DNA from: Bythopirellula sp.
GTDB lineage: Bacteria > Planctomycetota > Planctomycetia > Pirellulales > Lacipirellulaceae
Assembly (NCBI GenBank): GCA_965216565.1
Contig: OZ244170.1
Coordinates: 4,064,001 to 4,128,000, forward strand
Direction: 5' to 3'
DNA: 64,000 nt
Shown in pieces: positions 38,863-48,095 of this stretch (its first letter is position 1; each line of letters begins with the position of its first letter). The notes below the pieces were generated by a model. That model ran no database searches. It was not told where the DNA came from and was given only the letters and a program-made list of their open reading frames with translations. The position numbers and the translations under genes were made by a program.

Positions 38863-39813
38863 ATGCATTGTGCACTAAATCAATTTTTGCGACACTCCCT
38901 ACCGCAACTTTCCGCTGGAATTTTGTTGGCTTCAGCACTCCAGCAAAGTTTGCACTCTGAGTCGGTCACTAGAATTCCTGCCGAGTTGCGGTCTGCGCGA
39001 GAACTGCCTGCGTTCTATACAAAAATGATTGATGCTGACGGGATTCTTATCCTGTCATCAGACAAATCGGAGGACGCGGCACTGGTGGAAGCGAAGTACT
39101 TGATTGTCAATGTACTGCGAAGTGCCCCCAAGCTACGAGAGGCTCTAGTTGACTCTGGATTACGCGTCACCGTAATGGCAGCCGACGAATATACGTCTGA
39201 TGTTCCGGAATACCAAGATTTGAAGCCGAAGGACTATTGGGATCGGCGGGCCCGCGGATTGGGAGGAACGCCGGAAATTCCAGTCACAAGTTGCGGGGAG
39301 GAGAATCTGCTTCACTATCCGGGCGACCCCTATGAGGGAGAAAACATTTTGTTGCACGAATTCTCTCACTCGGTTCATCTGGTCGGCATGGCGAAGCTGG
39401 ATCCCGATTTTGATACCCGTTTGAGCCATGTATATGAGTCGGCCAAAAAAAGCGGTCTGTGGGAGGGCACCTATGCGATGGAGAACCGTGAAGAGTATTT
39501 CGCGGAAGGGGCACAGTCATGGTTCAATTGCAACGCTCCCCCCGGCAAAGTGCATGGGGAAGTACGTACGCGGGAAGTCCTACGCGACTACGACCCGGAG
39601 TTAGCCAAACTTATCATTGAAGCCTTTGGAAAAAACTCGTGGCGATACACGGCTCCTGGCCTACGCTGGGGACAAGGAAACCACAAAGAGTTGACTTGGC
39701 CAGCGGACAAACGCTTTGCCTGGCCAGATTCAATTAAGGATGTCGATTTGGGAAGGATATCGAAAGCAAATAGCGTACGGAGATCTAGCAGTACGCAAGG
39801 TTCTGTAGAATAA
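38863..39813 (+). CDS. Putative secreted zinc endopeptidase, anthrax-lethal-factor-like (ATLF/PPEP-like) fold
   Basis: W...RGLGG, ILLHEFSH, YA..N.EEYFAEG, R..L..YDP.L motifs; weak signal peptide. Confidence 0.72.
   Translation: MHCALNQFLRHSLPQLSAGILLASALQQSLHSESVTRIPAELRSARELPAFYTKMIDADGILILSSDKSEDAALVEAKYLIVNVLRSAPKLREALVDSGLRVTVMAADEYTSDVPEYQDLKPKDYWDRRARGLGGTPEIPVTSCGEENLLHYPGDPYEGENILLHEFSHSVHLVGMAKLDPDFDTRLSHVYESAKKSGLWEGTYAMENREEYFAEGAQSWFNCNAPPGKVHGEVRTREVLRDYDPELAKLIIEAFGKNSWRYTAPGLRWGQGNHKELTWPADKRFAWPDSIKDVDLGRISKANSVRRSSSTQGSVE
38867..38878. promoter_or_regulatory. Candidate GntR operator ATTGTGCACTAA
   Basis: 10/12 match to ATTGTGCACAAT at the divergent junction between the MFS gene and the Hyp operon; overlaps the first codons of 38863. 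Confidence 0.45.
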
Positions 39814-39865
39814 AGAAGATTAATCGGTTAGCATTTAGAAACCGAATTGAGTCACTGGAGATAGT

Positions 39866-40789
39866 ATGAATACACAATGGCGAGGCGTATTACCAGCAGC
39901 AACAACACAGTTCCGTGAAGACGAATCGCTCGATATCGATGCGACATTGCAGCACCTAAATGCAATGGTCGATGCCGGAGTGCACGGCATGATTATGCTG
40001 GGCACAGTCGGTGAGAACTGTTCTTTGCGATTTGATGAGAAAATTGATCTCCTTAAAGCAACGGTGCAGAGTATTGGCAAACGCGTGCCCGTGCTGACAG
40101 GGGTCGCTGAGTATACAACTTCGCTGGCTTGCGGTTTCAGTCAGGCTGCACAAGACGCAGGTGTCGATGGCCTGATGGTACTGCCAGGAATGGTTTATAA
40201 ATCTGATGCTCGTGAAACAATTTCGCATTTTCGTACGGTCGCTTCGTCGGTTGACCTGCCGATTATGTGTTACAACAACCCGATCAGTTACGGCGTCGAC
40301 ATTACACCTGAGATGTTTGATGAGATGGCCGACGAACCGAAGTTCGTGGCCATCAAAGAGTCGTCAGAGAATTGCCGGCGGATTACAGATCTGAGAAACC
40401 GCTGTGGCGATCGTTACACGCTGCTTTGCGGCGTCGACGACCTTGTGCTAGAAAGCCTCGTTCTAGGTGCCGAAGGTTGGGTGTCTGGGCTGGTCAATGC
40501 GTTCCCGGCAGAAAATCGGCTGCTTTGGGATTTGGTCGCGGCAGGGCGTCTCGAGGAAGCCGTGGATGTCTATCGGTGGTATACTCCTTTGCTGCACCTG
40601 GATACCCACCCAAAACTAGTGCAGTACATTAAGTTAGCCACTGCAGAGTGCGGCTATGGTTCCGAATATGTTCGTGCACCCAGGCTGAAGCTGGAAGGTG
40701 CGGAACGTGCCGAGATTCTTGGAACGATTATCGATTCCATAGGGACGCGTCCGTCTGCTGCGAAATACGATCTGGCAGTCGTTTCTTAA
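39866..40789 (+). CDS. lhpC: DapA/NAL-family enzyme, probable delta1-pyrroline-4-hydroxy-2-carboxylate deaminase
   Basis: GTVGE, YNNP..Y.VD, Schiff-base Lys IKESS, GVDD, GLVNAFP, KLVQYIKL; located in an operon with the Hyp epimerase. Confidence 0.82.
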   Translation: MNTQWRGVLPAATTQFREDESLDIDATLQHLNAMVDAGVHGMIMLGTVGENCSLRFDEKIDLLKATVQSIGKRVPVLTGVAEYTTSLACGFSQAAQDAGVDGLMVLPGMVYKSDARETISHFRTVASSVDLPIMCYNNPISYGVDITPEMFDEMADEPKFVAIKESSENCRRITDLRNRCGDRYTLLCGVDDLVLESLVLGAEGWVSGLVNAFPAENRLLWDLVAAGRLEEAVDVYRWYTPLLHLDTHPKLVQYIKLATAECGYGSEYVRAPRLKLEGAERAEILGTIIDSIGTRPSAAKYDLAVVS

Positions 40790-40820
40790 GTGCACATTTT
40801 TCTTTTGCAGAAATCAAGAG

Positions 40821-42344
40821 ATGAATCCCATACTCATTGGCGGAAAGTGGCGACCAGCAAACGAAGTAAAATCATTTAGCGCCTCCAATCCTAAGAATGA
40901 GGAATCGTTGGAGGAAAGCTACCCAATCAGTAGTTGGGAGGACTGCAACGAGGCATTGGAAGTTGCAGCCCAAGCTGCCGAACAATTGGAAGTGGTTTCA
41001 GCTGATAAGATTTCACAGTTTCTTGAGAACTACGCGGATCGCTTGGGAGATGCAGCTCAGGAAATCTGTCAGCAAGCAGAGTTAGAGACTGCTTTAGCTG
41101 TAAGCCCCCGACTGCTCGAAATCGAGATGCCACGCACGATCAATCAGCTTCGGCTGGCTGCCCAGGCTGCTCGCCAGGAAAACTGGCGTGCCCCAACTAG
41201 CGACCCCGATGCAGGAATCTACTCATGTTACGGTTCGATTGGACCGGTATTGGTTTTGGGTCCGAACAATTTTCCGCTCGCCTTCAACGCTATCTCTGGT
41301 GGAGACTTTGCTGCAGCGATTGCAACTGGGAATCCTGTGATTTCCAAAGCACACTCTTCTCACCCAGGCACATCGCGTTTGCTTGCCGAGCAAGCCCATG
41401 ATGCTTCGGTCGAGGTGGGCCTTCCTGTAGGAACAGTGCAAATGTTGTACGGCGTTTCCAGGGAAGACGGTTTGCGAATGGTTGCCGACCCGCGTCTCAA
41501 GGCTGCCGCATTTACAGGTAGTCGTGCAGGCGGGCTTGCGTTGAAGAATGCTGCCGATTCAGTGGGCACACCGATCTACCTCGAGATGTCTAGCGTCAAT
41601 CCTGTATTCTTCCTTCCCGCCGCCTTAGAGCAAGGGAGTACAGACTTAGCGACAGAACTAACAAGTAGTTGCTTGATGGCCGCAGGGCAGTTCTGTACTT
41701 GTCCTAATATGTCGGTTTTGCAATCAAGCAATGTTGCTGATGGATTCCTAAAACGAATAACAGAATTGATGCAAGAGCGTCCTGTTGGTCCATTGCTAGC
41801 CCGGAGTGCACTGGAAAGTCTCGAACAGTCGGTGGCAACTCTTCAATCTGCAGGAGCTAAAGTGCTTTGCGGAGGTCGAGTTTCGGAGCAGCAAGGCTAT
41901 TGCTTCGAGAACACGCTGTTGAGCGTCACGGGCGAGCAGTTTTTGTCATCCCCAGAAACCTTACAGACCGAAGCGTTTGGGCCAGTGAACTTAGCGGTCA
42001 TGGTTCAAGATGATAATGAATGCTTAGCAGTCGCGAGGCATATCGAAGGGAGCCTGACGGCCAGCATTTATTCCGCAGCCGATGGTTCTGACGATACACT
42101 TTGTGCAAAACTCATGTCAGTGCTCCGCCGAAGAGTTGGTCGGCTCCTCAACGATAAGATGCCAACTGGCGTGGCCGTTTCTCCAGCCATGAATCACGGC
42201 GGACCTTTCCCAGCGACCGGGCACCCCGGATTTACGGCCGTAGGAATTCCAGCTTCTCTTCGACGTTTTACTAAGCTGGACTGTTATGATAACGTCCGGC
42301 CAGATCGCCTGCCCCCGTGTTTCGGGAGTGCATCTACAGATTAG
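40821..42344 (+). CDS. Alpha-ketoglutaric semialdehyde dehydrogenase
   Basis: NNFPLAF, FTGSRAGG, EMSSVNP, GQFCT, EAFGP, PTGVAV..AM.HGGPFPAT motifs (KGSADH type). Confidence 0.88.
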   Translation: MNPILIGGKWRPANEVKSFSASNPKNEESLEESYPISSWEDCNEALEVAAQAAEQLEVVSADKISQFLENYADRLGDAAQEICQQAELETALAVSPRLLEIEMPRTINQLRLAAQAARQENWRAPTSDPDAGIYSCYGSIGPVLVLGPNNFPLAFNAISGGDFAAAIATGNPVISKAHSSHPGTSRLLAEQAHDASVEVGLPVGTVQMLYGVSREDGLRMVADPRLKAAAFTGSRAGGLALKNAADSVGTPIYLEMSSVNPVFFLPAALEQGSTDLATELTSSCLMAAGQFCTCPNMSVLQSSNVADGFLKRITELMQERPVGPLLARSALESLEQSVATLQSAGAKVLCGGRVSEQQGYCFENTLLSVTGEQFLSSPETLQTEAFGPVNLAVMVQDDNECLAVARHIEGSLTASIYSAADGSDDTLCAKLMSVLRRRVGRLLNDKMPTGVAVSPAMNHGGPFPATGHPGFTAVGIPASLRRFTKLDCYDNVRPDRLPPCFGSASTD

Positions 42345-42374
42345 CTGGTAACTCATAAACAAGAGTTTGTATTA

Positions 42375-43829
42375 ATGGGTAATCAAGTCAGAGCAAGCGC
42401 GGAAAATGTTGACCCCTACTTCCAGTCAACATTTTCGATTGAGGAGTTTCAAAGAAGACGTTCGCAAGTTTGCGAAAGCATCGGTGATGCGGTGGCAATT
42501 ATCCAGGGCTCTGCAGCAACAGGCGCCATGGACATATTCCGGCAGCACAACGATTTCTTTTATCTCTGTGGTGTCGAAATCCCTCACGCGTATCTTTCAA
42601 TCGATGGCCGGAAGAATACTTCGACGCTTTATCTCCCTCCGTTGAACAAACGTCTGGTTGAGACAGACGGCCCAGAACTGAATGCGGACGAAGCTGAGGT
42701 TGCTCTCCGGCTTACGGGAGTCGACAAGGTCAAACCTCTCTCAGCACTGAAAAGTGAGTTACCAAAAACCTCGGTCGTGTACCTCTGCCATCAAGCGCCC
42801 GAGGGCAAGCAGGCCTACCAGGACTCGATCCGAGAGGCAGAGCAGCGTGCGAAACACGATCCTCTCACGCAGGATTCTTCTATTCTGAAGAATTCGGCGG
42901 AAAAGCTCCGTCATCACCTCGGTCAATGCACTCTTAGAGATTTGTCTCCCATCATCAATGATTTAAGGAGATTGAAGAGCTCGGCCGAGATTGAGGTGCT
43001 ACGCCGCGCAGGTGCTATTACCGCCTTGGCCCTGAGTGAAGCCATCCGCTCTACTCAACCTGGGATAATTGAGAGTCAATTGGCTGCTGTAGCAGATTAC
43101 GTTTTTTTACTGAACGGTGCACGTGGAGGTGGATATCGTCCAATTGTTGCCAGTGGTGCCAATACTTGGAACATGCATTACTATCGCAATAACTGCCGTC
43201 TGAAGGATGGTGATTTAGTCCTGTTCGACTACGCACCTGATATCGAGAATTACACAAGCGATATCGGTAGGATGTGGCCAGTAAATGGAAAGTTTAGCCC
43301 TGGGCAACGCGAACTGTATGGGTTTGTCGTAGATTATCACCTGACTCTGTTAGAACTGATTGAGCCCGGTAAGACTCCCGCTCAAATAAGAGCTCAGGCC
43401 TCCGAGCGCGTTCGACCCATTGTCTCTAAAACGAAATGGTCGAAACCCTGCTATCGCGATGCAGTGGAGAAATTGGTGGCGACAAGCCGCGCTTTTACAC
43501 ATTCAGTTGGGATGGCGGTGCACGATGATAGTGGGTACCAAGAGGACGATCGGGAGTTAGAACCCGGTCTTGTCTTTGCCTTGGATCCCCAACTCTGGGT
43601 TCCGGAAGAGAGGCTCTACGTGCGTGTGGAAGACTGCGTTGTCGTGGACAACTCCGGGGCTGAGAATTTCACAAAGGCTGCCCCTCATACACCCGATGAA
43701 ATTGAAAAATTAATGGCTGAACCGGGGCTTCTTCAAATTCGACCCGATTTGTGTCTGGAAAAGGTTCACGGATCAGAAGTGCCTGAACAAGAATCATCAT
43801 TTGGGAGATTAGCAGTTTCTCCGAGCTAA
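42375..43829 (+). CDS. pepP: Xaa-Pro aminopeptidase (M24B, aminopeptidase P family)
   Basis: FRQ..DFFYLCG, R..KS..EI, LVLFD...YTSDIGR, HSVGMAVHD, ALDP, VRVED motifs. Confidence 0.85.
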   Translation: MGNQVRASAENVDPYFQSTFSIEEFQRRRSQVCESIGDAVAIIQGSAATGAMDIFRQHNDFFYLCGVEIPHAYLSIDGRKNTSTLYLPPLNKRLVETDGPELNADEAEVALRLTGVDKVKPLSALKSELPKTSVVYLCHQAPEGKQAYQDSIREAEQRAKHDPLTQDSSILKNSAEKLRHHLGQCTLRDLSPIINDLRRLKSSAEIEVLRRAGAITALALSEAIRSTQPGIIESQLAAVADYVFLLNGARGGGYRPIVASGANTWNMHYYRNNCRLKDGDLVLFDYAPDIENYTSDIGRMWPVNGKFSPGQRELYGFVVDYHLTLLELIEPGKTPAQIRAQASERVRPIVSKTKWSKPCYRDAVEKLVATSRAFTHSVGMAVHDDSGYQEDDRELEPGLVFALDPQLWVPEERLYVRVEDCVVVDNSGAENFTKAAPHTPDEIEKLMAEPGLLQIRPDLCLEKVHGSEVPEQESSFGRLAVSPS

Positions 43830-43969
43830 TTCCTTATATTCCTCAGGAGTTTGTATTACCTTGCGATTGTGTTATCTCGTCAGTCAGAGCAACCGCAGAC
43901 TAGAATGTAGCACCCTTGAGCGATGAGCAGAGCACTTTGGGTAATCGGCTCCAGATTGGGGAATTGAAA

Positions 43970-44923
43970 ATGGATTGTCAGGAGGGGACTAGTCTACGAG
44001 TCATCGATTCCCACACGTCTGGTGAGCCAACTCGCCTTGTGATCGAAGGCGTGCCTTCCCTTGGCAACGGCGATATGGTCTCACGCCGGGAACGACTAGC
44101 GGCTGATGCCGATTGGATTCGTACATCACTCATCCTTGAGCCTCGCGGGGCACCATGGATGGTTGGCGCCGTTCTTCAAGAACCAGTTGACCCGACGTGC
44201 GCTGCCGGTGTGATCTTCTTTAATAACACAGGCTACTTGGGCATGTGCGGTCACGGTATGATTGGCATGGTAACCACACTTGCCCACCTTGATTGCATTA
44301 AGCCCGGCTCGCTTCGCTTTGAAACCCCTGCTGGCATCGTATCTGCTCAGCTGAACTCTGATGGCTCCGTTACCATAGACAATGTTGTGAGCTACCGTAC
44401 TCAGCACAATGTTCCGATAGAGATTCCAGGTATAGGCCCGGTTGTCGGGGATGTTGCCTATGGTGGCAATTGGTTTTTTCTAACGAGCGTTCCAAAAGTC
44501 GAAATGGCTCTCATCCACAGCCATACTGAGCAAGCTATGCGAATCATGGAAGCGCTCGACAACCAAGGAATCCGCGGTGACGACGGAAGTCTGATAGATC
44601 ACATAGAGTTGGTTGGTCCCCCCAGCAATTCGCAAGCAGCGCACGCGAGGAACTTCGTCCTGTGCCCCGGTGGCCATTACGATCGCTCACCATGCGGTAC
44701 GGGCACAAGTGCCAAGGTTGCTTGTCTTGCTGCAGACAATAAGCTCTCACCGGGTGAAGTATGGGTTCAAGAATCTATCACCAAGACTACGTACGAAGCC
44801 AGCTATCGTGAGGTCGATGGAGGGGTCAAGCCAACTATCAAGGGGCAGGCCTTTGTCACAGCGGACGTTAGCATAAGAATAGATTCCCAAGATCCGTTGC
44901 GTCATGGATTTAAGACCTCATAA
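43970..44923 (+). CDS. lhpA: 4-hydroxyproline 2-epimerase (proline racemase family, Cys/Cys)
   Basis: IDSHT.GEPTR, LEPRG, MCGH, YGGNWF, DHIEL, DRSPCGTGTSAK motifs. Confidence 0.92.
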   Translation: MDCQEGTSLRVIDSHTSGEPTRLVIEGVPSLGNGDMVSRRERLAADADWIRTSLILEPRGAPWMVGAVLQEPVDPTCAAGVIFFNNTGYLGMCGHGMIGMVTTLAHLDCIKPGSLRFETPAGIVSAQLNSDGSVTIDNVVSYRTQHNVPIEIPGIGPVVGDVAYGGNWFFLTSVPKVEMALIHSHTEQAMRIMEALDNQGIRGDDGSLIDHIELVGPPSNSQAAHARNFVLCPGGHYDRSPCGTGTSAKVACLAADNKLSPGEVWVQESITKTTYEASYREVDGGVKPTIKGQAFVTADVSIRIDSQDPLRHGFKTS

Positions 44924-44953
44924 AAACTCGTCCTCCCTACACCCTCTTTGTTT

Positions 44954-46210
44954 ATGAATCCTAGCCAACGAACAGCGATTGTGATTGGCGGCGGTCTCGT
45001 CGGGTGCGCAACTGCCTACTATCTTGCTCGAGATGGCTGGAGCGTACGGTTGCTAGAGCGCGATCGCATTGGCAGCGGAGCCTCATCGGGAAACTGTGGT
45101 TTCATCTGCCCAAGTCATGTAATGCCAATGGCAGTTCCCGGTGCCGTGTCTCGAACTCTGCGGACGATGCTGGGCAAAGATTCACCCGTTGCAATCAAAT
45201 TGAGACCTAGTGCATCGCTTTGGTCATGGCTCGCTAAATTTGCATTGCGGTGTAGAAGCAATCCCATGATGCAGTCGGCCTCTGCTCGACATGCGCTGCT
45301 GCAGTCGTCTATGGAACTCTATCGGCAATTAGTCGATCAAGAAGGCCTTGCGTGTCAGTTACAAGATCAGGGTCTGCTGATGGTCTACAAGTCGAAAAGC
45401 GACTTCGAGCACTTTACCGCAACCTCAGAATGCCTCAAAGAGGAATTCGGTATCTCGACGACTCGCTTAGTTGGAGATGAAGTAGCGGAATACGAGCCCG
45501 CTCTACGTCGTGGGCTGGCGGGCGGGTGGTTGTTTCCAGGAGATGCACATGTGCGTCCTGAGTGCTTACTAGACTCACTCTGCACATTACTGGACAAGTA
45601 CAAAGTGATTGTTGAAGAAGGAGTTGGCGTGAATTCCCTCAACATTCAAGAAGATCTACTTCACAGTGTCGAAACGTCGCACGGCTCGAGATCGGCAGAC
45701 GTTGTGGTTCTTGCCACTGGTGCAGAAGCACCTTTCTTTGCGAAGCCTTTGCAATGCCGTATCCCGATCCAGCCTGGCAAGGGCTTTTCGCTAACGATGC
45801 CCTACGCAGATGAGCATCCGAAGGTTCCGATGATCTTTGAAGAACATCATGTTGCAGTCACACCATTTCAGGGACAGATGAGAATTGGTTCTACGATGGA
45901 ATTCGCCGGCTACGACCGGTCTTTGAACCAGAAACGGTTGTCTCTCCTAGTGAGGTCTGCCGAAGACCATCTGGTTCATGTTCCAGATACAGACAAAGCG
46001 GAGAAATGGGCGGGATGGCGACCAATGACTTACGATGGCCTGCCATGCATTGATTGGGCTCCTGGAGCAAAGAATGTGATTGTGGCTGCAGGCAATGGCA
46101 TGATCGGATTAGCCAGCGCACCGGCAACAGGCAAGCTTGTCGCCCAGTTGGCAAGCGGAGAGAAACCTTTCATCGATCCTGAACCCTATTCTTTGCGACG
46201 CTTCCTGTAA
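44954..46210 (+). CDS. FAD-dependent D-amino acid dehydrogenase, probable D-hydroxyproline dehydrogenase
   Basis: IGGGLVG, GASSGNCG, PGKG(F)S, GSTME, W.GWRP.T.DGLP.I motifs; follows the Hyp epimerase. Confidence 0.85.
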   Translation: MNPSQRTAIVIGGGLVGCATAYYLARDGWSVRLLERDRIGSGASSGNCGFICPSHVMPMAVPGAVSRTLRTMLGKDSPVAIKLRPSASLWSWLAKFALRCRSNPMMQSASARHALLQSSMELYRQLVDQEGLACQLQDQGLLMVYKSKSDFEHFTATSECLKEEFGISTTRLVGDEVAEYEPALRRGLAGGWLFPGDAHVRPECLLDSLCTLLDKYKVIVEEGVGVNSLNIQEDLLHSVETSHGSRSADVVVLATGAEAPFFAKPLQCRIPIQPGKGFSLTMPYADEHPKVPMIFEEHHVAVTPFQGQMRIGSTMEFAGYDRSLNQKRLSLLVRSAEDHLVHVPDTDKAEKWAGWRPMTYDGLPCIDWAPGAKNVIVAAGNGMIGLASAPATGKLVAQLASGEKPFIDPEPYSLRRFL

Positions 46211-46252
46211 CGTTTTCTCCTTGGCCTAGAGCTTTCGAAAGGGATAAATTCA

Positions 46253-47053
46253 ATGGCGGCGTTACTCCAATTCGAGAACGTTTCCTATCAAGTCGGTGGT
46301 CGCTCAATCCTCGAAAATATCACCTGGTGTGTAGAATCGGGCCAACATTGGGCCGTTCTAGGAGCCAACGGCTCGGGAAAGACCACCTTACTGAAACTTG
46401 CCTGTGGATACCTCTGGCCGAACGCAGGAGGAGAAATCCGTCGATTGGGCGAAACAAGCACAGATCTACGCGATCTGCGTCGCAGCATCGGCTGGGTTAC
46501 TTCCACGCTGAATGCGCGGATAAGGTCAAATGAAAAAGTGCTCCAAACCGTCCTGTCAGGAAGATTCGGCCAGATTGGCTGGATGCCCATCGTAGGTGAG
46601 GAGCCAACGGACGAAGATCTCGAATTAGCAAGACTTTACTTGCGGCAAATGGGATTACTTAAATTCGAACATCAATCTTTCTGTCACTTATCGCAGGGAG
46701 AACAACAAAGCGTACTCGTCGCAAGAGCCCGCATGGCGCAACCTTTGCTAATCATCCTTGACGAACCCTGCATCGGGATGGATCCCGGCGTCCGTGAACA
46801 GTTCTTGGGGACACTGGCAGACTTCATTGCTGAGTCCGAGGCACCATCTCTGATTCTCGTCACACATCATTTGGAAGAGATTTTGCCTGAAATCCAGAAC
46901 GTTCTCGTGCTGAGAACTGGCCAAATCGCTGCGATCGGAAATCCGTCCGATGTGATCGATCAAGAGATCTTAGCAAATATCTACAATACTGCGCCTCCCG
47001 AGCTGGTGTACCGCGGCAACCGAACTTGGCCTGTGTGGTCTCAGGAAGAGTAA
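46253..47053 (+). CDS. ABC ATP-binding protein (ModF/YlmA-like), no cognate permease nearby
   Basis: [27 protein letters not shown] motifs. Confidence 0.9.
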   Translation: MAALLQFENVSYQVGGRSILENITWCVESGQHWAVLGANGSGKTTLLKLACGYLWPNAGGEIRRLGETSTDLRDLRRSIGWVTSTLNARIRSNEKVLQTVLSGRFGQIGWMPIVGEEPTDEDLELARLYLRQMGLLKFEHQSFCHLSQGEQQSVLVARARMAQPLLIILDEPCIGMDPGVREQFLGTLADFIAESEAPSLILVTHHLEEILPEIQNVLVLRTGQIAAIGNPSDVIDQEILANIYNTAPPELVYRGNRTWPVWSQEE

Positions 47054-47299
47054 AGCTCCAACTGAGTCGTTTCAATTGGGCGCCATGATATTCTGCTGCT
47101 GGCTAAGGTGCTGGCCGCACTTGTGGATCTACGCCCAAATGATTGCGAGTCCTGATGCACCGCATAGTGGACAGGCAAAGAATTCCTGGCTAACAGGAAC
47201 CGCGGCTTGGAAATATGTGGCAGTCATCCAGTATTAATTAGGTATCCGATGCAACCATATCAATTACTGCTCTGCGCCTTCACAGCACTATGTAGAGCA

Positions 47300-48055
47300 T
47301 CAGTAGATTGTGCGGCCACCGTTCACGTCGATTGTGGTCCCGGTGACGAAGTTGGCTTCCTCGCTCACCAGGTAGAGCAATGCCCCGGCGACGTCAGCAG
47401 GCGTACCAAACCGTCCGCTAGGTGAATCAGCTAGGTAAGCGGCTTTGTCTTCTTCACTCGCCTGAGCATGTCGCTCGACAGGGATCCAACCGGGAGAGAT
47501 CATATTGACCGTGACGCCGTAGGACGCAAATTCCCGGGCATTACTACGGGCAAGTCCAACCTGCCCTCCCTTGGCGGAAACATAGGGGCAAAACTCCGGC
47601 CAAGCTCCGGGGAAAACCTCGCTCGTGATATGCACGATTCTTCCCCAACGCTGCTCACGCATGTGGGGCAAGCAGGCTTTGGTCAACAAGAATGGACTCT
47701 TTTGGAAGAAGTCGACCATCCGTTGAAAAAAATCCCAGTCGTAGTCTTCAATTTTATTCAGGGGTTGTTCGCAAGTTGCATTGAGGACCAGGATGTCGAC
47801 CGGGCCAAGTTGGCTTTCGATTTCGGCAAGCATCGTCTCGATGCTCTCCTCGTTGGTCACATCTGCCTGGACTAGGCAATGATCTCCGCCGAGTGCCTGC
47901 AATTGGGCAAACGCATCTTCTGCAATCTCCGAATTGCCATGAAAGTTCATCGCGACTCGGGCTCCATGCCGAGCAAGGTCCAGCGCCATCTGTTTTCCTA
48001 GTCCACGGGTGCTACCAGTGACTAGCGTTACTCGGTTGTTGATAATTGGATTCAT
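47300..48055 (-). CDS. Short-chain dehydrogenase/reductase (FabG-like)
   Basis: VTGSTRGLG, DILVLNA, YVSAK, VNMISPGW, VTGTTIDVNGG. ATG at 48055. Confidence 0.92.
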   Translation of the reverse strand: MNPIINNRVTLVTGSTRGLGKQMALDLARHGARVAMNFHGNSEIAEDAFAQLQALGGDHCLVQADVTNEESIETMLAEIESQLGPVDILVLNATCEQPLNKIEDYDWDFFQRMVDFFQKSPFLLTKACLPHMREQRWGRIVHITSEVFPGAWPEFCPYVSAKGGQVGLARSNAREFASYGVTVNMISPGWIPVERHAQASEEDKAAYLADSPSGRFGTPADVAGALLYLVSEEANFVTGTTIDVNGGRTIY

Positions 48056-48095
48056 GGACGAATAGCCTACGGCACGGTCCTTTCGCTGCAAACGA

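Noticed and set aside
39866..40789. Annotation as lysine-pathway dapA
   Set aside because: GTVGE instead of GTTGE, and the Hyp-operon context points to the Pyr4H2C deaminase.
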